DNA of 57,474 nt, counting the filler, from Ionaspis alba (taxonomy: Eukaryota): NCBI GenBank assembly GCA_964255285.1. It is 4 parts of 4 records of this genome, joined end to end, with 100 filler letters (N's around TTAATTAATTAA, not from the genome) between each part and the next. Parts side by side here need not be neighbours in the genome. Positions count along the whole stretch, not along the records: positions 1 to 14,322 come from CAXUUL010000426.1; 3 more parts are not named here. One strand, written 5' to 3'. Made by a program: the position numbers and the translations under genes. The first letter of the stretch is position 1, and every line of letters begins with the position of its first letter. Below, piece by piece: positions 1-11,724 of the stretch. Below the pieces are notes generated by a model. That model was not told where the DNA came from, searched no databases, and saw only the letters and a program-made list of their open reading frames with translations.

Positions 1-1103
1 AGGCTTCGTCCTACTCAGTAGTCATTGAGTGTCTGTTACTACCTTTTTAAGAAAGAATATTCATTCCCTGGCCGGAAAGGTATGACTTTTTGGAATGGTA
101 AAGAATAATCTTGCAATTGCATTCTTTCCCCACTTCTCCAATCTCCTACCCATCTACATACATTAAGACCGAAGCAAGAAAAAGAGGCACTTCAAACACC
201 CAGCCCAGCTCTTTTTAGCACAAATAATGCAGAAAACGCACCCTTGTCAGCAGCCAAATAGTCGACATGACAGACTCTCGCAGCAGTAAGCGTAGTTTAG
301 AGATACCAAAGACTCGTGGCGTTCTCTCTCGTGGCATTCGTAGTTCGTCGGGTAGATATCGTATCGATCGACAGCTCATAGGTAGTGATAGATTCGCCAG
401 TCGCGCTCCTACGGTAGTAGCAGAAGCAAAATGGAAGCAAAAAAAACAACAGAAATCCCCCGATATTCCCAACCCACCCCATAGATCGCCAACCCGCTAC
501 GACCGACAGCCTACACCCGAAATACAACCCCCACCCATGATGACCATGCCGATGATAGTAAACCAAATGATACAGTAGATAAGACAAGCCAATGTAGCGA
601 CGAAAGCCATTGCACCCATTCTAGGGAGCCGAATCTCATGAGCTAGAATATGTCGCGAAGCCGAAGAATAGCGGGCAAAGAAACCAGACACACGCACAGG
701 CAAGCGGGTATCAAAAGTATACGTTAGGAACCAGAAAATACGTCGACATCCATCATCATTACGACCGTAATGTTTGCAGAGAGTTGAGGTGAAGGGGGAG
801 CGATGGATGAATGCTGTGCGGGCCGAATAAGCTAAGGATGTCCTAAACTCCGTAGCTCGAAGGAAAAGAGGATTTCGTATAATGCGATGATGATAATGAT
901 GATGCGAAGAGCAGCTTTTGGATTGAACGAAAGACGGATTTATGGGAGCCATGTCGACCTCCAGAAACAGATATGGGGCATTTCAGCAACGGTTCAAATC
1001 GATCTCGGTAGCATCATGAGGCCTGGGTCCCTTCGTAGATGTTTCAGACCCATCAAGACCCAGCCGACGTGATACGCATGCGCCATTAGCGACAACAATA
1101 TCT

Positions 1104-2897
1104 TCAATGATGCTCGTGCGTGTATTGCACACCCTGCATAGACGAAGGAGCCGAAGAACCATTCGTCAACGGAGGCAACGATCGATCGAGGTCATGCATT
1201 GGTGGCGGCCCATATTGATGATGAGAGTATATCGGAGGCGGAGCCCGTTGCGGTGGTGGAGGAGGCGCTGCTTGTTGCTGCTGTTGTTGTTGACGGAGGA
1301 GCTGCAACTCCTGCATCAATCTTTGGTTCTCGTTCCGAAGCCCGTCATTATCGCGTCGGCTCAAGTCAAGGTCGTGACATGCGAGGCGGAGCTGTTTATC
1401 TGCATGTGCACCATTTTGTGCGGCGTTTTCAAGAGATTTGATGTAATCCGATGCTGGCGAAATTAGCCAAAGCTGGACACAGGAGGATGGAAATGTCTGA
1501 ACATACCCTTTGTCAGAATCTCCCATTTACTTGACTTGGATCCTTGGTTCGAAGGGATCTGTGATCGAAGGTTCTCGAATAGATCCTTCATCTCGCTTCT
1601 CCGTTTCCGTTCGGCCATTTTATGGCTGACTCGTAAGGCCGGAGTTCGACTATACGGTGTAACACCTTCTTCGGCTGACATGTTTGATTCACTAAGATTG
1701 CTTAGTTGGTTTTGCTGAAGTGTGTGATGATGCGTTCCAGGCATGTCTGTTGGTAGAACGTCAGCCAATATATTCATCTGTTGCACACTGTGAAAGTCCT
1801 GCATACCTTCGTCCAGACGACGCTGACCAGCAGGAAGACGTGAATCACTTGTAACAACACTGCTCGCAATCGAATTATGACCGCTATCACGTCGAGAGAA
1901 GATCCCAGATCGATTCTCATCTACACTGCTGGCAGCTCGTTGTCCCGGGATAGGTGGCAAATCACCAGGACTCATGTCTGGTGGATCAGGAAAAGCATAT
2001 GCTTGACCTGGTGCAGGTTCGTCGGCATTGTAGATATCACTCCGAGGGTTCCGTCCAATTGGTGGGGCTATGCGAGGAGTGAATGAAGGGACTCTATGTT
2101 CGACCACACCGTGTGGTGAGAGTGGTGACATTGGAAGTTGTCCTGATGATCGAGAATTCCTCGTGCCAGTGCCATTGGTGATCCCCCGTTCTCGAGACAG
2201 GTTTTGTGCGAGTGAGGTAGTCGATTGATTTACGCTTCCAGTGTATGGTGAATTAGTGCCATTGATCTGTAGGCTGTTCATGCCAGAGTTGACCTGACTG
2301 CCCAAACTGCTGCGTCGAGATTCTTGTGGAGGGAATTCTTGACTTTGCCGTGATGGGTCATGGACTTGGTTCAATGATGGAAGCATACTGGAACCTGGAG
2401 TAAAACCTGGTGATGCTAGAGCACTGGATGTACTTGGCGTATGTGCGTGGTCCGCGGGATGAGATGTGTTGCTCAATTGAGCGCCCAATTGACTAGAGTT
2501 TGATATTCGACTCGGAGACATGTAGTACGAGTTGGTGTTTGATACAGGATAACTCGTGCCGCTTGAGTAAGCAGATGACCCTATCGAGAAACACTGTTAG
2601 GCCCTTCATTTTCGAAGCAAGCAAAGAGACACCAGCAGAAACGTTCTCGATTGAGTGCAAATTGAACGGAGCACTGGAAGAGCTAGGAGACTCACGAGTA
2701 CTCTGAGGCTGAGAAGACCATGCACCAGAATCTCTTTCCCTTGTACTAGCCGGTGAGGGAAGGCCACTGGATCCTGGTCCGGGGAGATTACTGGTCAAGG
2801 CAGTGATGGAAGGGAGTTGACCACGAAGGGTAGGATTAGAAGTTGGAGGAGAATTCCCCGTCTCCCACACTCGGTGAGGAGGAGCGGTAGTTGCCAT
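1104..2897 (-). CDS. devR: bHLH transcription factor, DevR/Esc1-like; 4 exons (2897-2696, 2580-1807, 1746-1507, 1453-1104)
   Basis: bHLH basic/helix region PYSRTPALRVSHKMAERKRRSEMKDLFENLRSQIP...KSSKWEILTKASDYIKSLE after splicing; GT donors, CTRAY branch sites and YAG acceptors join ORFs 2493-2897, 1463-2521 and 1104-1526; Q/P-rich tail. Confidence 0.85.
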
Positions 2898-5276
2898 TTT
2901 GACGGTATTTTAGGCCAATCCCTAGATGTGGCTGTCGGCACTCTGTTCGAAAGACACAGATCGATATGGTCCTACAACGAGAGGTGCACGCCGAGGACAA
3001 CAATCTATAGTAATAAGATTTGCTATCGATGGAGAACAGACAGTCGTAGACCTGTTCAATGCTCTGCAGGTTCCAAGGATTGTATGCCGAGGTGGTCCAA
3101 CGTCCGACCAGTTCACCACATGCCGGGTCAATCCTGGGAGATGTAGGACAATATAAGAAGATAGACGTAGAAGCGAAAGGTGTGTAGTCCAGTACTGTGA
3201 GGTATAGCTGCCTCGAGCCTTGACCAAGAGCTAGGCTCAACCCGATACCGGGTAAATTCCCCGGACACTTATCTATGGATCACACAATTTCGAAAAGGTT
3301 GAAGTCTTTGCTGAAAATAGCCGTTGGAATGTAGGTTTCGGATGATCTCAGTCATATGAGATCGATGGTAGTGGGACCGTTGGAACACGTGGGAACGAAA
3401 CGGTGGTTGGCAGAGACGGTCTCGTTCAACGGCCTGTAGCGTAGCTCTTGGGCGATCTCAACTGCAATTCGTCTCCCCGAGTCTCCACACTTCCAAGTCT
3501 TGGTGTGATGGCTAGTATATTATCTGGTCGAATCTGTCGAGGGTAGTTGGCAAAGGTTTGTGTAAAGCGCTCGATCCTTTGGAACTGCTCGAGATCCACA
3601 GCGCGCGGCGCTTCAAAGGGGAAAATGGGACGAGTGGAAAAAGAGTGGTTGAAGGACGAAGAATGAGTTCGATGAAGTCGAAGAATCGAATGGTACTCCG
3701 GACAGGCGGCAAGGAATGATTGACGAAGGATCGATGTCCTGAAGTGGTGAGGAAGGAGAGGTGGTTTGCGGGCGCAAAGGATGTGTGAGAAGAGGGTATG
3801 AGGTTGCGGTTAGGTTCACCTCCGTGCAGATGGTAGTAGTAGAACGATCCCCTGTCGTGTCGAGTAAGCACCAGAAGGAACAGTAGTACTTTGGCCGGCT
3901 GGACCAGCAGACTACTGTTCTCTCCTTCCCAGGCACTTCGATCCTATTCGGCTGAACCTGACGCGGACTACTGATCCCTTGCGTCCGGCACTTGCGATGG
4001 GTCCAGCAACAGCGCGAGCCTTGCAGAGAAAGGGAAAGGGAAGAAAGCGAAAGGGGGCGCAGGGCAGGGGGGAATATAAGACGTGCACAATGCGGAGGAG
4101 GATGAATGTTGGTGGGGGAAGGTATATTGGGTTATGCCAGTGGCCAGATCTGTCTGAATGTTCGTGATCCTTTTTGCTTGCTGGGCTTACTGCTTTGCTG
4201 CGTGTTCCTAATGTCGACTCCAGGGGACCAGGAATCGAGTACAAAGGCAGGCAGCGGAATAAACGCAGAAGTAGATGAGACCGGTGTAACGTTCCACTCC
4301 TTGAAGGGAAACTGCTTGCCTTGCCTGGCTCTCCAATTATTATTGATGCTTGTACACAGCTATGAGACGAGAGTATAGACACACACAGCCTATTCTACGT
4401 GACCTTCTAGCCACTGGGAATCAATGCTGGCATCGCAATCGATCTATTCTTAACACCGAAATCATTGTTCATGTATCGTGTGCAATCTTTCTTCACCTCG
4501 AACAAGGCAGCATGATCACATTTACGGTCATGTTACAGCCGGATGAAACTATTTACCATCTGTTCCACGCATTAAGTTGCCTCGCTCAACGAATACGAGG
4601 CAAGGAGTACAGATCTGAAAAGAACTGGGGCAATATACTAGTGGCGATGACTTCAGACCTCTTGTTTGCTTAGTAGAGGCGGACTTCACGTGGCTCTGAC
4701 GGGCCACGTCCAAGGAGGCAGCGTGGTGGATGGGCTGGGCAAAAGCTGGGCGATTGATCTGAGAGGATGAATTGGAAATGGATGGATGTGTGTAGTGTGA
4801 CATGGTCATGATGGGTGGGTGGGTGTGCTGGGGATGTGATTGATTGTGATTGATTGCTTTCTGCTGGTTCCGCCTGGGGGAGGAAGGGCTTGGCCCCCCT
4901 TAGGCTTCCGTGGCTCTCCCTTCTGCCTTCTCTATTGCTTCTGGCTCCACTCTTAAATCACTTTGATCCAACTCTAGCTGCCAACCCTAGCGGTTGGGGG
5001 CGCCCCCTAAATCGCCTGAAGCTGTTGGTCTCCGCGCGCTGTTGTGCTTTTTCCCGCTGGCTGAGATCCTGCCGACCCCTGCCCGGCCATCCTCTATTCC
5101 TCCTTGTTCCCATCTCCCCTGCGACTCTCCGGGGAGGGTGAGCAGGGGGGTCACGAATACGTGCAGATGCACCCGCGTGGCCCATTAATGTCAAGTAGCC
5201 GATCACCGATGACTTTGCCCCATGTGCGTACAAGGATTGCGTTCCCGCAGCAGGACTGGGGTCCGACAGAGGGAGG

Positions 5277-5290
5277 GTGTGTGTGTGTGT
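5277..5290. repeat. short (GT)n microsatellite
   Basis: gtgtgtgtgtgtgt run. Confidence 0.8.
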
Positions 5291-8200
5291 ATGTGCGAGA
5301 GTCAGCAAGAGTCGAGTACATACTCGTACGGAATAGAGTAAAAAGTGTATGTATAACAGGATGTTATGTGCAAGCAGGAAACACGCACGAAGATTTTGTT
5401 TCGGAGAATTAGTTCCATCCATACCACAGATTATTCTATCACAAAGTTAGTCTTGTGCCTAATATATATTATTCAAAAATGTATGACAAAAGGCAGCGTT
5501 GCAACGCGGACGAGAGCCCTGTTCCAGCTGGTCTGCGCTCAACCTTCGTCAGTCTAGCAGACTCGGGCTGGAGTCAGCATGATCGTCTCGCAGGAGGAAG
5601 CGGCAGCTACTTGAGGTATTCAATGGGCATGAACTTTGCTCGTCAGAGGATCAGCAATAGTGAGAGCAGGATACCGATAGTCATGATGGGTATTAGGTAA
5701 CGGTCGCGCTCGGGTCATCATCCCACTCTCGCCCTCTCTCTTCTTCCTTCGAGCAATCAAATTGAGTTGTCCCCGAGGTCTTCCTTCCCGCCCTGCCGTC
5801 CACCCATCTTCAGGAATCCCTCTTCCATGTGTGTTCGGCGTGGGGAATCTCATGTACTACCTGAGCTGTCCTTCGTCACTCCCACATGAGTAACAGGCAC
5901 TAGTGCCAGACTGCTGAGGAGATTTGAATCACTGCATTTTCCCCTGCCTCTCGAATCATCGACCGTTGCAAATAAGCCCGCCTATCAGCTTTACTCGCTA
6001 TCTTCCTTTTGTGCTCCTTCGCTTGACGGATATGCGTGGCATTGACGGCGCGGAGAACCGAATGGAGCTTTGACTTTGCGAATTTCGAAACAGACTTGTG
6101 TGGGAAATAGTCGCGTTCCTCTTCTTTCGATATTGCCGGAAAATTTAATGGGCATTGGAGTGGACGAGACCTCCCCAGGGCCGTTGTGGATCGGAATGGC
6201 TGGGGTCCGACTGATATGCAGAATGCAGATGCAGCAGCTGCTACGACAGGAATCACACCTTAACATGTTCGTGGCTCTCGTTCCCCAGTCAGCAATGGTA
6301 TCATACCCACTTTTCGACTCTCGCAAGGGAAAACCCGCTACCGTACAATTGAAAGAAGAAAAAGCTCGGATCGCGAATCTTGTACGACTCGGATCAATCA
6401 TGGTTGCGTGTCGTTGTGGTGGTGGTGGTCCTCAACGGCAGCTACCCGACTTGTCCGTCACTGCAATGCATCAAGACCCTTTCACAGGAGCACATTAACT
6501 CTGTAGATCTCATGGTATGGTGGTGTACAACAAGGCCACGAGCCTGACTTTGCGTCTGGAGTGGTCGCGTAACCCATCTCCAGGTACAAGGTTAGAGGAC
6601 AATGGCACTTGTAACCAGTCGGTGGAGCAGAACTCGAAATGCAAAGATGCAGCCATAAGCAGAGTGATAGCGCCGAAATGTTCAGTGGCTGCAGATTCCA
6701 AATCCATAGAAGGAGATTCTATTGGTCAATCGAGTCTCGAAGGTCACTGATAGGATACATGTCGTGTATGCAGCCACTACTGTGGTGCATGAACTCGACA
6801 GCTCAAGTGCTTCCAGCGGCATCTTCACAATGTCAATCGAGAGTGACCACGCTTGAATCCGGTCACTGGCATTTTCTTCGCACCTTCTAGTCAACCCATC
6901 GACAAGTTGCTTCTCCTTTCGATGCATGCTTAGTCTTGATACCGAAGGCTTGCTGTGGCTGATGGAAACCCCCGTGTCAAATGCGTTCCACATTACCGTC
7001 TTTTGCACCCTCTAATGTTCTTTACTCCGATCTTCTTCCATTTACCCGCCGTGCCCGCCAACCAGGTTGCTCAAGTATCACAGCATCCAGAACTACACCA
7101 TTCGCTCCCAAGCACACACACGGCTGCCCGCAAAGATCGAGTCGCCATCTCATTTACCTTCCCTGCCAAGCACGCATCTACCAACAACAGCTACCCTTCT
7201 GTCCGACTTTCGGATGCTGCCGAACTTTGAACGTCTTCCTCTCATTCTCAAATCTCGTTGTGCGGGCTTCCGTCACTTAGCCAGGATTAAAAGGATCGAA
7301 GAGTCTTGTACTGACGGCTATCGACATCTCCGTAGGCATATTGCATCCAATGACTCCCCGTCCCTTATTCTCGATACACCTATCATGCGGTACAACGAAG
7401 GCCCATTAACCAGATTTATCATCCTCGGCTCCGGCAGTTCTTCTGGTCATTTTTTCACGTTGTTGCTGGTTACGGGGGGTTGATATCAGAACCTGTCAAC
7501 CGTCGTTTTTGTGCTATGCTGGGCATGCTTTCGCTTGTGCTACAGCAATTTTCTCATACTGGCTCCACGTCGAGACACCCCAGCACTTTTCTCTTGCTAC
7601 TTGCTTCTCGTCAAAACATTCCTATACGACCTCACATCCTTGCTGCGATCTGCTTCCATTCTCACGCGAGCTCGGATCTCTCCACGATCCAAACAGGGTT
7701 GTGGAATGAGAAAACCGGGTTCAGGATGCCAAAACATGAAATTAAATCCCCTTGCCTCGTTATGCGCCAATGTACGACATCAACACCGACATTTCTGTTT
7801 CAGGGAAGAAGCCGTTGAGCCGCTTTGTTCAATTATAGACAGTGGTGGACCAATAGCGTTGATGAAGTGAGTGTCCACTATCTGTCGTCCTGTAAAGCCA
7901 CCAGGTTTCGATATCCCTTGCTTCCAGTACNNNNNNNNNNNNNNNNNNNNNNNNNNNNNNNNNNNNNNNNNNNNNNNNNNNNNNNNNNNNNNNNNNNNNN
8001 NNNNNNNNNNNNNNNNNNNNNNNNNNNNNNTCCCAATTTACCTGAAACCATGTGAGGCATGCCATCCCACTCATTCCTCGGCTATCTTTAGATCCACGTT
8101 TTCTCAGCATGATCTCTCCGCCATTTCGCCCCCTTTGCTCCAGGAACAGTCACATTATCTCACGATATCTCTGCTGATTGCTGGAGATTGCTCCGCGTAG

Positions 8201-8384
8201 TACAAGGCTTGGAACGTTTGACAAGCTCTTGGTATCGATGAGAAAACTAGCCGCGGCTTCGGCAGTAGAATCAGTATTGTCCCGAATTTGGTAGCGCGAT
8301 GAGTCGTGAGTCTAAAGTCGTTTAGCCGCTGTTGTCTCCTGGGAAGAGTCGGTATGTCGTTTCTCCTGCACCCGATCAGTCGAC

Positions 8385-9123
8385 CTATCGCCTAAACGGG
8401 ATATGCACCAACCACAGTATTTTCTTTTTTCCGTCTTGAAGACGCCATGTCAATAATGGCAACAGGGCCTCGACACTTGTGTAGAAATTCCTATTGCAGA
8501 TGTTGCAAGATGGGGGAACACGAGCTGTTGTTATAACGCGGGAAAACATTGACTTGGCGCGATTGCAGGAATTAGCAAGCTCAATGAACGGGCCCGATAA
8601 ATGTGTTGCATGGCAACGTGTGGGAGGAAGCGGCGCTTCAGCGTCTGTAGTCCCCGTTGATCCAGGTTGAAGGCCTAACGACGTATGATTGTCAAGTTTC
8701 CTCCTTCTCCTCCTTGTCCTCCTTCTATTGTAATGGCAACGTTGCGCCAAGAACATGAAGCATTAGTTTCTCCAGTTTTCTCGGATTTCATGGAAGACAT
8801 CTTCGAAATGTGCATGAATACTCGCAAAAACAATGCGTATAAGTACTTTGCTCTTTCTCGTGTTTAGTTTTTCCTCTAACAAGCCTAGATCATTCATTTC
8901 ATTCCGCAAGGTAGCAATCAAAGAGGCGTAAACATCGTCACTGACACATAACCCTTTTTTTACAGTCTCCAGAGAACAGCTCGTCGAGCAGTAGCGTGTT
9001 TGTGTACGGGAGGACTCCATCACTGAACCATTGTGCGTGGCCGCATCAAAATCAACATCAGCTAAACAAGTCACCGAAAGAGGTGTCAACGATTCGTGGG
9101 TCTAGCTTTCTGCGGAAGAACAT
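8385..9123 (-). pseudogene. hypothetical gene interrupted by an in-frame TAA at 8763-8765
   Basis: ORFs 8763-9089 and 8385-8756 are in the same frame, separated by one stop (…RENWRN*CFMFLAQRCHYNRRR); possible first exon MFFRRKLDPRIVDTSF from ATG 9123. Confidence 0.3.
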
Positions 9124-9657
9124 TTTGCTCCAGTGTAGTCCCATAACTTTTTGCTTGCTTGTGGCACAGTGCAGCGGGCAATTCTCTTTATCGGCTTTAT
9201 CGGCTTTATCAGACGCGATGAGGTTCTTCTTTCCTTCCTTCGCAATGCTCACTTAAAACTCTCCTCTACCACATGCTCTCTTAGAAACCTCGTTCACTCT
9301 ACGTTGACAAATCCGGAGCTCTCGCGCACAGTACCAGCAACAACGCTTGAATTAAGGCATGGCCATCGCTGTTTCAACGGACGCTTTATGTGTACTAGAA
9401 TTAACTAGATGAAGCTATCTGCCGAACGATAACGAAGCGTCCACATTTATATTGAGGTCTTGTCTCCGCCCTGGAAAAGACTGGTCACAATATCAACCAA
9501 GTGCTGAAGATACGCACAAACCATCTCGACTGCTCGTGACAGATAACTCGCTCTCGACTCCCCTCGAAGGCACTTGATCTCCATCATTCGGACTCCTACG
9601 ACAAAGCTCACAATATGGCTACACCGATAGGAGTACACACCGACGACCTCAGTAAGC

Positions 9658-11242
9658 CTACTTGCCGCCTTTGACCTTGAACGCAGCACCCCTCCGACTA
9701 CTCCTCGTCGTAGGCTTTCCCTTACCCCTACCCTTTCCCATCCCACCCAACCCGCTCTTCCCTTGATTTCTACTAGCCCTATACCCTTCGAACACCACNN
9801 NNNNNNNNNNNNNNNNNNNNNNNNNNNNNNNNNNNNNNNNNNNNNNNNNNNNNNNNNNNNNNNNNNNNNNNNNNNNNNNNNNNNNNNNNNNNNNNNNNAA
9901 GGAAAGGATGGTAGAGCTAGTGAACGTACCTTGAACTGAACATAAGCAAAACCTTTGCCGACTCTCGTGACCTTGTCCCTGACAACTCTTACACTCTCGA
10001 TTGTACCTGCGTTACCAAAGACACGCCAGAGACCTTCCTCAACATCACTCGACTCCTTGCTCTTCTTCGCAGGCTTCTTCCCACTCTGCTCTTCCTCTGC
10101 GGCTCGTATAGCGCTCTCGTCATCCACGAAGCCCAGATTGCCCACGAACACGCATCTCTTATGATCTACGACGCTCGGATGTGCAACACCGTCAACGTGT
10201 ATATGTCGGTCCAGTACTATTGTCCCATTCAGCCGCTTCACGGCTTCTCGAGCTGCAAGAGGGGTACTGTAGACAGCGTAGGCATTTGTGGACCGCGTGG
10301 TAGTAGGCATCAGGGCTTTGGTGACGAAAGCGGCGCGTTTGGGGATGTTCGGGGGTAGAGGCGTGGAGCGGAAGCGAAGAGTGAGGAGTTTGTGGGTGAC
10401 TGACGTCTTGGGGTCTTTGGTATTGGGTAGCGAAGAAAGATGAGAAGATAGGTGTGCGAGGAGGGCTCGGTGGGCAGATTTGGTCGTTATGGCTGTTGTG
10501 GAGATGTTGGAGAGGAAGATGGTGCTGTTGGACTTCTCGAGATCGTTGGCGGGTGACGAAGAGATGGTTTCGTGCTGGATAATTTCATGCTGGATGAGTC
10601 GTGTAGATGTCTTCGAAGAAGAAGAGGAGCCCGATATTGACGTATTGTCCTCGTCGTTGTCGTCGTTGTCGTCGTTGTCAGACTTGGAGGCGGACTGCCC
10701 ATTGGATATCTCTGTCTCATGGCGAGTCTTGCGACGTTTGTCGGAAGGATTCTTGGATTGACGAGCAGTCTCCTTGTCCTCTTCCTTCGCCAGTCGTCGC
10801 ATGTAGACTTCTTCGAGGTTGTCTTCATTGTCCTTGCGCTTTCGTTTTCGAGGAGCTGGTACCTCAATCCTTCCAGTGGATTCTGGCCCGTCGACTTCTG
10901 AAGCCATTGATGCTCCAGTCTCGGAGAAGCTTTCTGAATCTTGTTGCACGGAATCCAGGTTATTGGGATCGGAATCCAAATTAGTTGGGTCATCTTCTAC
11001 AGATGTTGATATCCGCCTCTGTAATTTGGGACTCGCTTTCGCTGTTATTGCAGCCTTGAATTAGATAATTAGCTTCCTACATGGTCAAGTTCTAATTTCA
11101 GGGACACTTGGAGACATACACTAGACGTAAAGAGAGCTACAAGGGCTGGGTCAACGACTTTGGGAGCTGCAGTCAGTGTGCTCTGCGGAGCTGATGACCC
11201 CTCCCCAGCTCCATTTTTTGATACTCTGGACTTCTTACCCAT
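9658..11242 (-). CDS. NOP12: nucleolar RRM protein Nop12 (spans assembly gap 9799-9898)
   Basis: N-terminus MGKKSR…VDPALVALFTSS; two RRMs (TIFLSNIS…STNAYAVY…LNGTIVLDRHIHVDGVAHP; RCVFVGNLGF…ESVRVVRDKVTRVGKGFAYVQF); typical C-terminus VFEGYRAS…GKPTTRSSRRGAAFK* after the gap; intron donors at 11119 and 9929. Confidence 0.92.
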
Positions 11243-11724
11243 GTCTTCTTGCAAGCGCAGACGTAGAGTAACGTTCTTAGCTTGATGACGGTATGGGTTT
11301 GAGCTTCACAATCTCTTCACCTTTATTCCTCACGGAAAAAATCCCGGAATGTTTATCGGCCTTATCGGATCTAACGCTAGCAAGGGTCCAAGCGATGCGA
11401 TGACCGTGATCTTGGCAAAGACCGGAAGAAGCCCCATTGTGGGCCATTCTTCCTACATTACTGCCCATCTACATTTCCTGATCATCTTCATTGCCCCAGG
11501 CTTGAGTCGTGGCGACGTTCACAACGACCTGATCTCGTTCTGTCTTTTCTCACATCCGCACACACTACACCCTTCTTTGGCGCACTTGACAGGATTGCCA
11601 AACAAACCGAGCTCCTGTTTGACCCAGCCCAAATTCCCTGATTTCAATCAGACGAGCAGAAGATACCTCAGTCGCATTGAAGCATTCAATACAATATCTG
11701 AACAACTTGGGACTCAAGTATACT

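Noticed and set aside
215..1072. Short overlapping ORFs 3' of the bHLH gene
   Set aside because: No domain or splice support; composition fits 3' UTR or intergenic DNA
9447..9798. C-terminal part of the 510-aa ORF (WCSKGIGLVEIK…)
   Set aside because: Frame artefact of the N gap; the true Nop12 C-terminus is in another frame ending at 9658
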